DNA of 64,000 nucleotides from a virus. Position 1 is the first letter of the stretch; the number at the start of each line of letters is the position of its first letter. Below the pieces are notes generated by a model. It did not search any database and was not told where the DNA came from. It saw only the letters and a list, made by a program, of their open reading frames with translations. The stretch covers positions 32,001-96,000 of the IMG/VR virus record IMGVR_UViG_3300014613_000017, one strand, 5' to 3'. The translations under genes were made by a program, and so were the position numbers. Of the stretch, positions 28,909-37,009 are shown piece after piece.

Positions 28909-30000
28909 TTAGAACATTAGTGATACATCTTCTACTGGCTCAACCTTTAATGGAATAGCTTCAACTTGCTCAACTTGTCTTCTTTGATACTCTTCCTTAT
29001 TAACCATTTCAATAAAGCGTAATTCAGCAATGTTCCACAAGTCGATAAATTCATTATTTTTTTCAAGCTGCTGTATTCTCTTTGTGGCTATATTCATAAA
29101 CTTTTCTTCCTGTTTGTTGGGCTTTCTGAATTCTAACGATGCTTTAGTTTGAATGTAAATAAAATAATCTTCTTCATTAGGATAGATATTGTAACCTTGC
29201 TGATCTTCATATGTTGAGAAAATTGTAATTGTGTCAGCTATTGTTTCACTATAGTCTTTCTTGTTCATTAGTTTACTTATATCAAAAGTATCATCTTTAG
29301 GAATATGCTTTCTAAATTGTATATTCGCTACTGACTCCTCATATTTCAATGTCTGTACAGTCTTTTCAATATCATCAAAAGGAACAACTCTGTATGAGTT
29401 AATTTCTTGTATCTTCTGGCTATCATCATCATTAGCTACGTAGTTACCTATATTTTTATAGATGATTCCCTTTTCTATTGCCTTCTTTATCCTACTTATA
29501 GCTGTTTGTGGAGAACATTTTAATAACCTTGCCCATCTAGCATAGCTTGTATTAAATGATCCTGCTCTATGCCACCTAGCAACATTAATAAATATTAAGA
29601 GTTCTAAAGGGTTTTCAAATTTATCAAGCGTTGTATGTTTCATTGTTGTATATCCTGAGTGAACGTAATCAACAAATGAAATACGGATGCTATCATTTGA
29701 CTTAAAGTTATTAACAACTTCACCTTCAAAATTTACAATGTGAATGATTTCTTTAGCCTGAAGTGAAATTAAATTTTCATTAATACATTTCATATTCTTA
29801 TCTCTCTTACTGAAAAATTTAACTTTTGAGTAGTCAGATAAGAGTGAAACAGTTGTATTGATTTCATTGGTGATGTTTTTATCTTTGTATAATGTAGCAT
29901 AAAGGTATAACTCTTCTGCTGTCAGATGTGTTTCCATATCTTCCTCTAATAAATAGTTAGGAAATAATACGAATGGTACTGCTGTCTCTTTGATTGTCAA
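28909..30000 (-). CDS. Putative replication initiator / winged-helix DNA-binding protein
   Basis: FVLFPN start, ELYLYATL, TTVSLLS; second wHTH-like SYARWARLLKCSPQTAISRI; repeats upstream. Confidence 0.45.
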   Translation of the reverse strand: MTIKETAVPFVLFPNYLLEEDMETHLTAEELYLYATLYKDKNITNEINTTVSLLSDYSKVKFFSKRDKNMKCINENLISLQAKEIIHIVNFEGEVVNNFKSNDSIRISFVDYVHSGYTTMKHTTLDKFENPLELLIFINVARWHRAGSFNTSYARWARLLKCSPQTAISRIKKAIEKGIIYKNIGNYVANDDDSQKIQEINSYRVVPFDDIEKTVQTLKYEESVANIQFRKHIPKDDTFDISKLMNKKDYSETIADTITIFSTYEDQQGYNIYPNEEDYFIYIQTKASLEFRKPNKQEEKFMNIATKRIQQLEKNNEFIDLWNIAELRFIEMVNKEEYQRRQVEQVEAIPLKVEPVEDVSLMF

Positions 30001-30106
30001 TGTGTGTAGCTCCTCTTTAAGTAATTTAATTTATTGTTCTGATTAATAGTTGCTTTATGTTTATAGTTTATATATTTATGTTTATATAATGTAAACTATC
30101 AAAAAA

Positions 30107-30200
30107 GAGGTGCAACTTACCCCTTGTTTTGTATACCCATATATAATTCGAGGTGTAAATTACCCCTCAGTTTAATTAATTCGAGGTGTGTTTCACCCCC
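30107..30200. repeat. Three 18-bp iteron-like direct repeats GAGGTGnnnnTnACCCCY
   Basis: 30107-30124, 30150-30167, 30183-30200. Confidence 0.7.
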
Positions 30201-30385
30201 TGTTTTAAATTAAATTCTTTTAAGTCTGCTCGTAATTCATCATTCATCTCAAATAAATAGAATAGCTTCATAGTATCTCTGTGAATAGCCTTAGTAATAT
30301 ATTTATGTCCTTTTAATATTAACTGAGTGGATAACTTCTTACTGTAGCAGAAAAAATACTTGCTTTCAGTTGATTCGATTATCAT
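30176..30385 (-). CDS. Small DUF5659-like protein
   Basis: FFCYSKKL..L..KG.KY...H..T.K.F.LF pattern; paralog at 54626. Confidence 0.6.
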   Translation of the reverse strand: MIIESTESKYFFCYSKKLSTQLILKGHKYITKAIHRDTMKLFYLFEMNDELRADLKEFNLKQGVKHTSN

Positions 30386-30654
30386 TGTTTTCTCTCCCTC
30401 ATTTGTATTCTAAAAAAATCTATTAGGGATTCAAAAAGCCCCTACATTATTAACTATATGCTTTTTTCTCTCTTTTATCAATAGCAAAGTAAAATAAATT
30501 ATAGTTTATTATTAAATGTTCACAATTTAGACACATATAAAGATTATTACTTATAATTTACTTTATATCAAGTTAATCTCAATCCCTTTAGGATTACAAC
30601 ATTTTACTCTCATAATTTTCCCTTTAGGAATTCTCAACTTTAATCTCAGATTTT

Positions 30655-30909
30655 TCATTTTTGATTTTTCAAAACTCGTTTCCATTTTTCAATCTCAAGC
30701 TCTGGAATTAGACTGAACCCGTTCTCCCTGTTAAACTCCATTGCTAACCTGATTGCTTTAAATGGATGCTCCTTATTCAGCATTTCTATCATTATATGAT
30801 GATACTCTTTAGTTAATGGTAGCTCAATGTAATCTGATTGATCGTTAGTCTGTTGTTGTTGCTGAATAGGTTGCTGGAAAGGTTGAAATTGTAAGATAGC
30901 TGCTGTCAT
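30655..30909 (-). CDS. Small protein, paralog of 28654-28896
   Basis: See paralog; AAAGGAG RBS. Confidence 0.65.
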   Translation of the reverse strand: MTAAILQFQPFQQPIQQQQQTNDQSDYIELPLTKEYHHIMIEMLNKEHPFKAIRLAMEFNRENGFSLIPELEIEKWKRVLKNQK

Positions 30910-30947
30910 TGTATTGTCTCCTTTAGTGGTTAGATTATGTAGTTAAT

Positions 30948-31295
30948 TTAGATTCTGCTGTCAGCATGATAGTCCACAAACAATTCTCCATCTAAGAATG
31001 AATTATTGATTGCAACTACTTCCACATAGCCACCTTTTGAGCATTCACCATACTTTTCAATCAATCCATCATTGATAAAGTCTAAGATGCTATTCACGTC
31101 TGCCCATGATGGTAATTCATTGTCAGTTACAATTTGAAAATCAATGTCGCTTGTATCTGGATTAAAATGTTCTGTTCCATAGCTTCCAACTAAATTAACA
31201 CTTGAAACGTTAAGACCACTAACTTCAGGATTGTATTTTCTTAGCTCATTGAAAAGCTTTCTAATTGTTTGCTTATAAGTATTAATCATTCTCAA
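30948..31295 (-). CDS. Minimal nucleotidyltransferase (pol-beta superfamily)
   Basis: LVGSYG...SDIDFQIV (GS...DxD) plus later VEVV strand. Confidence 0.75.
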   Translation of the reverse strand: MRMINTYKQTIRKLFNELRKYNPEVSGLNVSSVNLVGSYGTEHFNPDTSDIDFQIVTDNELPSWADVNSILDFINDGLIEKYGECSKGGYVEVVAINNSFLDGELFVDYHADSRI

Positions 31296-31834
31296 TTCCC
31301 TCTTTCTAATTGGTTTATGTATTGCTTACTTTTATAATACTAAATTATAACACAAGTGTCAACATCAAATAATAAAACTTTTTTGAATGGTTAGATATGT
31401 GATAAAACACTAGGAAAACATACTCTTTATAGCCCCTATTGTCGAATAAAATGGCTCTTTTAATTTGAGTGTGAATAGGCTGCTGGAATGTATCTGAGGC
31501 TTGTTAAAATGATGTTGTGAGTGAGTTAGTGTGTTATGTGAATGATTGATTGAATTATGTAATGAGTGGATATAATGAGGTTAGATGTTCTATTCGAGTT
31601 GTAGTTTAAACACTGAGATAGCTGCAACTTGAATTTTTCGTGGTTCTGTTTTTTGCGAACTGTTATTTTGATTTTGAAAATTTTCTTATAAGAATATCCC
31701 AGCATGAAATTTCGCTGCCTGTTATATGAAAAAGCCCAGCTCGAATTTTTGTTTGCTGTTATATGAGAATATGTAAAACCTCTATATATAAAACCCTAAA
31801 ATAAGCTCGATTTTGACCTATTTTGACCTCTAAT

Positions 31835-31872
31835 TGAGAATAATTATCACTACTAACTGATAATAATTATCA
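31835..31872. promoter_or_regulatory. Two tandem Fur-type 7-1-7 boxes
   Basis: TGAGAAT-A-ATTATCA (31835-31849) and TGATAAT-A-ATTATCA (31858-31872). Confidence 0.6.
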
Positions 31873-32294
31873 TTTAATGCTATTTTAATATAGATTTTTT
31901 CTTATATTTCCTCTAAACGTTGATATATAGCCATTCTATGGGCTTTTCATGCTATTCTATATGCTTTTTAATAATCGCTTTATTGATCGCTTATAATACC
32001 ATTGATTAATAGCCGTTTAATTAAGTAGCTTAATCATATGTATCAATGGATTAAATCGCTTTTCTATAATGCTGAAAACATGTTTTATTTTGAGTTTCTT
32101 CTATTATATAGCCGTTTTTTTGTATCGTTTTATATTGGTTATTTCATTTCTTGATCTGGTTACAATGAAATCAATAAACAGTATCATAATTAAAAGTAAA
32201 ATTAATTAATAAATTATGAAACAAAACACTTGCAATGTATTTCTTACATGGTATACTATGTATAGAAAGTAAATACGAAATGGAGATGGCATAA

Positions 32295-32510
32295 ATGAAT
32301 AACGTCACAAACAACTTACTTGAAATAATTGTAGAAGGATCATTAATCATTATAGGAATTCTAGTTGCAGGTTTTTCGGTTTTCATGGTAGCAGGTATTA
32401 CGGTTTTAATGTTAGGAGTAACGGTTGTAAGTTTTACAATATCAGTATTAATTGCATTGATCGCCATTACAATGTTAGTAGCCTTCTTTTACATGAGATA
32501 TTCATACTAA
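32295..32510 (+). CDS. Small hydrophobic membrane protein
   Basis: Almost entirely hydrophobic; GGAG RBS; sigmaA promoter ~32227-32254. Confidence 0.6.
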   Translation: MNNVTNNLLEIIVEGSLIIIGILVAGFSVFMVAGITVLMLGVTVVSFTISVLIALIAITMLVAFFYMRYSY

Positions 32511-32615
32511 AAATAAAGTTAAAAAAAAGTAAATTATAATAATAACAGTTGTATAATCTTGAGTTATCGCATATAATGAAGTATAACGAAAAACAAAAAG
32601 AAAGAAGGTTTTGAA

Positions 32616-32792
32616 ATGAGTAACTTCATTAAACATAGTGTAATAGTAGAATGTAAAGGAACAGGGAAAACGGTTTATATTAAACAGTTTGACACAAAAA
32701 AAGAAGCATGGGAAAACATGAAAGAAATAGATTTCAATGATCGTACACTATATAAAAAAGGAATTAATGAGGTTAACACGCTTTTTAATTAA
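32616..32792 (+). CDS. Small early protein (58 aa)
   Basis: Manual: MSNFIKHSVIVECKGTGKTVYIKQFDTKKEAWENM...; RBS AGAAGG. Confidence 0.55.
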   Translation: MSNFIKHSVIVECKGTGKTVYIKQFDTKKEAWENMKEIDFNDRTLYKKGINEVNTLFN

Positions 32793-32822
32793 AATAAACT
32801 ATAAGAAAGAAGGAATCGAAAA

Positions 32823-33035
32823 ATGAATCCTATTCAAGCTTTATACAGTATTGAAACTATGTCACATGAAGAGGTTTACAACTATTGTCACTATGTAAAT
32901 AAAGAAGTAGCGAAAAACATTGTAAAATACTTTGACGGAAAATTTCAAGATATTAAAATGTTATCAGATGAAATGATCCAACTTGAAAACAGTATTCAAG
33001 ATAAAATTAAAATTATGAAAGAATCGTTTGAATAA
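32823..33035 (+). CDS. Small early protein
   Basis: AAGGAA RBS. Confidence 0.6.
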   Translation: MNPIQALYSIETMSHEEVYNYCHYVNKEVAKNIVKYFDGKFQDIKMLSDEMIQLENSIQDKIKIMKESFE

Positions 33036-33075
33036 TAAATAATAAAAATACTATTTTAATGGAGGAATTATAAAA

Positions 33076-33228
33076 ATGAATTATTATGATATTGAAGTTA
33101 CTTTTAACAATGGACAAAAAGAAACGTATGTAGAACAAGCAGAAACATCTTTTGAGGCAATTAAAAACTTTCTAAACAGCTCAAAAGGTGCTATAAAAGA
33201 AAATATACAAGCTATTGAAATCATTTAA
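33076..33228 (+). CDS. Small early protein (50 aa, cassette-like unit)
   Basis: Manual: MNYYDIEVTFNNGQKETY...; GGAGG RBS; between sites 33043 and 33229. Confidence 0.6.
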   Translation: MNYYDIEVTFNNGQKETYVEQAETSFEAIKNFLNSSKGAIKENIQAIEII

Positions 33229-33372
33229 TAAAATACATCTTTTACAGTCTAAAAAATAAATCAAATTTAATTAATAAATTATGAATAAAACTCTTTACAT
33301 CTGAATATAATGGTATTATAATAAAGAGTATCAAGTAGTAAAAAAATTATAAACAAAAGGGAGATCGACAAA

Positions 33373-33912
33373 ATGACAAATCAACTTTACATTGCTAACC
33401 TAGGGAAATACAATGAAGGAATTTTACAAGGTGAATGGTTTACATTTCCAATTGATATGGATGAAGTAGCTGAAGTTATCGGATTAAATTCACAATATGA
33501 GGAATGGGCTATACATGATTATGAGTTTGATTTCCCTTTAAGTATTGGTGAAAATGTAAACATTGACAACTTAAATGAATTCATTGAAGAAATAGAAAAT
33601 AACCGTGGTTTATCTGAATTGTTTGAGGTTATGCAAAAGGATCAGTACAATACAGATCGCATAGCTGAAATTGCAATTAGTGTAATACCTGAACATGATA
33701 TAGTTCATGATGATTCAGTAAATGCAATGGTTAAAAATATGATTGATGATAGCGGTTATGAAAGTGTAAAAAACTTCTTATATAATGCTAATTCTAATAG
33801 TGTATACCATATTATTGACGGCTATGGAAATCTTGAAAGATTGACGGTTGAATATCTTGAAAACCTTGTAAGCGAATATATAGATGAATTGAAACAAGGC
33901 TATAGATTCTAA
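33373..33912 (+). CDS. ardA: ArdA-family antirestriction protein
   Basis: LYIANLGKYNEGILQGEWFTFP...EEWAIHDYE...IDNLNE is the ArdA signature; acidic. Confidence 0.85.
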   Translation: MTNQLYIANLGKYNEGILQGEWFTFPIDMDEVAEVIGLNSQYEEWAIHDYEFDFPLSIGENVNIDNLNEFIEEIENNRGLSELFEVMQKDQYNTDRIAEIAISVIPEHDIVHDDSVNAMVKNMIDDSGYESVKNFLYNANSNSVYHIIDGYGNLERLTVEYLENLVSEYIDELKQGYRF

Positions 33913-34000
33913 TTTTTAATTGATCGCTACACTAATAATAAATTATAAAATTAGTGTAGTATTGAATTAAAAATAAATCAACAAAAGGGGAAAAATAAAA

Positions 34001-34528
34001 ATGACAGCAAATACAGGTATTGAGGTAAAAGGCTATAACTTACTAAGTAATTTAGAAGATGAGGAAGACGCTTTAAATTCTTTTGTAAATGAGTATAGCG
34101 AATCAACCTATGTAGGTGACGCAATTTCAGAAATTGGAGATAGTTTCATTCCCATCTATACTAATGACGTATGGAAAGATGCAGAAAATATTCAAGAATA
34201 TATTGAAGAAGCAATATCAAGTGGATTAGCACCAACTGATGGAAATAATTTAGACTTAGTAAGAATATTTCAAGCAGGTTATTATCAGTATTATACACAA
34301 AGTCTATATGACAACTTAGATTCAATGGCATTTAATATTATAGCTAACAAAGTAAATGAATATTTAAACAGTGTAGAAGAAATTAATCTTGATGTATCAG
34401 CTATTGAAGAAGCAATAGAAAATTTAACTAATAACTATGATAATAATAATCGTTTTGATGATTTAGAAGACAAAGCAAATGAAATTATTGGAGCAATTAA
34501 AGAAGGTGAATACACGGAAAACGAATAA
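34001..34528 (+). CDS. Ocr (T7 gp0.3)-like acidic DNA mimic
   Basis: DAISEIGDSFIPIY..D...SGLAP...DLVRIFQAGYY aligns with recalled Ocr DAIHMAADNAVPHY..D...SGLMP..DVIRILQARIY; very acidic. Confidence 0.7.
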   Translation: MTANTGIEVKGYNLLSNLEDEEDALNSFVNEYSESTYVGDAISEIGDSFIPIYTNDVWKDAENIQEYIEEAISSGLAPTDGNNLDLVRIFQAGYYQYYTQSLYDNLDSMAFNIIANKVNEYLNSVEEINLDVSAIEEAIENLTNNYDNNNRFDDLEDKANEIIGAIKEGEYTENE

Positions 34529-34687
34529 AACTTTTTGAATCAAAACAAGGGAAATAATAAACTATAATATGTAGTCATTTCCCTTGTGATTGATTTAAAA
34601 ATTTCAAATAGCCAAAAAGCAGCATATTAATTGTGTGAATTTTTGACACAATTTAAACTAAACTAATCAGAAAAGGAATGATCTGAA

Positions 34688-34804
34688 ATGGATAAAATGA
34701 CATTAAAAGAAAGAATAAGACACGAATGGAATGATATTAAATGGCTTGTAATGATTATTATGAGCTTATACGCTTATATTCTTAAATTGCTGTATGTCGG
34801 TTGA
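34688..34804 (+). CDS. 38-aa membrane microprotein
   Basis: Manual: MDKMTLKERIRHEWNDIKWLVMIIMSLYAYILKLLYVG; AAAGGA RBS. Confidence 0.5.
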   Translation: MDKMTLKERIRHEWNDIKWLVMIIMSLYAYILKLLYVG

Positions 34805-34854
34805 TCTGATTAATTACAATAGAATACATACCATAAAGGAGATGAAATAATTAT

Positions 34855-35052
34855 ATGATAGTTGTATCAAGTGAAAAAAAGGAAATAATGAGTATATTGT
34901 GGATTGCTCGGAATAGTAGCGTAAAGAATGAAAGGGAAAAAATAGAGGATGAAAAAGGAATAGCCGATAAGGTAACTGTTAATGTAGAAGGCGATAGTTT
35001 GAAAATGGACTATTTGAATAGTGATGAAAGAATATATGTGATTAAGACGTAA
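34855..35052 (+). CDS. Small early protein
   Basis: AAGGAG RBS. Confidence 0.55.
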   Translation: MIVVSSEKKEIMSILWIARNSSVKNEREKIEDEKGIADKVTVNVEGDSLKMDYLNSDERIYVIKT

Positions 35053-35073
35053 GACTAAACTATAAGAAAAGGA

Positions 35074-35328
35074 ATGATAAAAATGACTTATAAACAATCA
35101 ACACCCATGCAATGGATTACATTCTATTATAATGGAAATGATCCTGATAAAGTGAAACAAACAAAAGAAAGAAATATACAAATGACTAAAAAGATCAGAT
35201 ATTCAAATGTAATTGAAGAAATACAAGAGGAACAACTTGAAGTATTGTCTGATACTGATAAGCATATTGTAGGAATGTCAAAAGATGGATTGATAATCAT
35301 GTTTGAGAATAATGTAAGTAAACTATAA
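35074..35328 (+). CDS. Small early protein
   Basis: Repeated leader with AAAGGAA RBS. Confidence 0.6.
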   Translation: MIKMTYKQSTPMQWITFYYNGNDPDKVKQTKERNIQMTKKIRYSNVIEEIQEEQLEVLSDTDKHIVGMSKDGLIIMFENNVSKL

Positions 35329-35348
35329 AAGAAAAGGAATGATAAACC

Positions 35349-35672
35349 ATGAATGATATTAAGCTACATTTTAATACAGATCAGAAAGTATACACTAATA
35401 AAGAATTGAATGAGTCACAAAAGAAACATTTTATAATGCTGAATGAACTGATACAACTTGATAAACTTAATGACAATCAGGTTGATACACTTATTAATGA
35501 TTATGACAATGTTCTTATTAAAACATTCATGCAAGATAGTTATTTCCATAATGGATACGCTATGTGTAAAGTATATATTGATTATTGCTATAGTAAGCCT
35601 ATTGATGTGTATGTAAGTGTAAAGAAGTTGCATGAGTTGATGAGTAATAAAGAAGTTGCCGTTTATGTGTAG
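35349..35672 (+). CDS. Early hypothetical protein
   Basis: Repeated leader with RBS. Confidence 0.6.
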   Translation: MNDIKLHFNTDQKVYTNKELNESQKKHFIMLNELIQLDKLNDNQVDTLINDYDNVLIKTFMQDSYFHNGYAMCKVYIDYCYSKPIDVYVSVKKLHELMSNKEVAVYV

Positions 35673-35736
35673 TATCTTAATGAATGGCATGTATGATCTG
35701 AATGAATGATACAATACATTATAAGAGGTGAAAGAG

Positions 35737-35907
35737 TTGGATAATGAACAATTGCAACTATTAATAGATAAGATTGACGCTGAACAAGATAGGCTCGTTG
35801 AAGTTGCAGAACAACAAGAATACAACAACAATGAAGAGTATAGAACGGCAGGAAAGATTGAAGGAATGGAACAAGTTAGAATATGGCTACAAGAATACTT
35901 GAAATGA
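35737..35907 (+). CDS. Small acidic protein (56 aa)
   Basis: Manual, TTG start after GAGGTG: LDNEQLQLLIDKIDAEQDRL... Confidence 0.5.
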   Translation: MDNEQLQLLIDKIDAEQDRLVEVAEQQEYNNNEEYRTAGKIEGMEQVRIWLQEYLK

Positions 35908-36255
35908 ATAATAATGAAACGTGTGCCATTTAATTATGGTATGCGTTTTTTGTTGTCTTGTATTGTGTGAATGAATGGATATGTATTGTATTAGAATGAA
36001 TGGGTATGAGTTGTAAGTATCGTATAGCGTATCGTATGTGATCCATTGTGAATGAGTTGGAATGATTAAAATTGAAATGGGCAAAAAGCTGCATATGTAG
36101 TATTGATAACTATGTGTAGTTTTGCTGATGTGGTATGATGTTATATATTATAGTTGATTATAGTTACGTTTAATCTGTTCTATTATAGGTATAACAGTTT
36201 AACTAGTATTGAGTATTGTATTGAGTATGATAATAAGTATGATAATAAATTATAA

Positions 36256-36271
36256 TGTTTCACGTGAAACA
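36256..36271. promoter_or_regulatory. parS (Spo0J/ParB binding site), perfect palindrome
   Basis: TGTTTCACGTGAAACA matches the Firmicute consensus TGTTNCACGTGAAACA. Confidence 0.85.
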
Positions 36272-37009
36272 ATTTTAATAATATGATTTTTGATGTATAG
36301 TATATATAGTTAACTTATTATATGTAAGTCAGTTACTAATAGTAATACGGTTACTAAAAGTAAGTAAGTCGTTGAGATTGATTTCCTTGTTATAAGACGA
36401 AAAAATTCCTCACGTATGAGAATATAGTCACATGATACAATTAAAAAATTTTTCCGATATGCTGATTATTATATAATGATCTGAACAATATAAGCTGATT
36501 AATTCTAATCGTATATCATAATAAAACGGGAACTTTATTGTCTTATATATGAGCATAGTATCATAATGAATATTATAATACCTTTTAAAATGCTTATATA
36601 TCAACGTTTATAGGATACGGGGGGTTGGTTTCAGATACATAGATTGCAGCATGGTGATGTGACGGGCTACCACCTTATATCACATACTCAACTTATTTTG
36701 AAATAGGACTATTTTATCCAATTAATACCAATTTAATTACATATAATACAATAGTCCTATTCGGCTTATTTCATGCTTCAATAATGTATTCGTAATCTGT
36801 CTCGGAACGTTGCGAGTGAGACCCCTATTTCCCTATCTTTTACTTGTCTCCAATTACCCATTTTCCTCTCTATAATCACAATATTCCACTCTGCACACTC
36901 ATTTAACTCCCAATTTTCCCACTTCCAACCGAGATAATCATTCCCAATAAAAATAGAGAGGCAACAAATCACCTCTCCAATCAGCTCATATTCCCCTATT
37001 ATCCATACT

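Larger units (their letters stand above)
17523..31763. repeat. Bipartite motif CCCAGCTCGAA-N10-CTGTTATA (4 copies)
   Basis: 17523-17551, 18614-18642, 31698-31726 (CCCAGCATGAA), 31735-31763. Confidence 0.85.
4389..33244. repeat. Dispersed 16-bp gene-junction site TAAAA-N6-TTTTA (at least 21 perfect copies here, one more at 45784)
   Basis: Perfect copies start at 4389, 4707, 4936, 5731, 7099, 7419, 7840, 8488, 10443, 11747, 13201, 13699, 14477, 14637, 16082, 23023, 23287, 25601, 26516, 33043, 33229; near-matches at 9397, 11991, 12651, 16492. Confidence 0.9.
31914..36610. repeat. 16-bp perfect inverted repeat pair bracketing the early cassette
   Basis: TAAACGTTGATATATA (31914-31929) and TATATATCAACGTTTA (36595-36610). 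Confidence 0.75.

Noticed and set aside
22222-30000. Arbitrium aimR/aimP/aimX
   Set aside because: No TPR-like receptor and no signal-peptide microprotein with a C-terminal peptide; the 363-aa ORF at 28909 looks wHTH-like
18115-31446. Spo0A boxes TGTCGAA at 18115 and 31440
   Set aside because: 7-mers are expected by chance and other copies fall inside genes; too weak alone
4389-33244. CRISPR array interpretation of the junction repeats or early leaders
   Set aside because: Repeats are 16-23 bp, separated by whole genes rather than 30-40 bp spacers, and no cas genes are present
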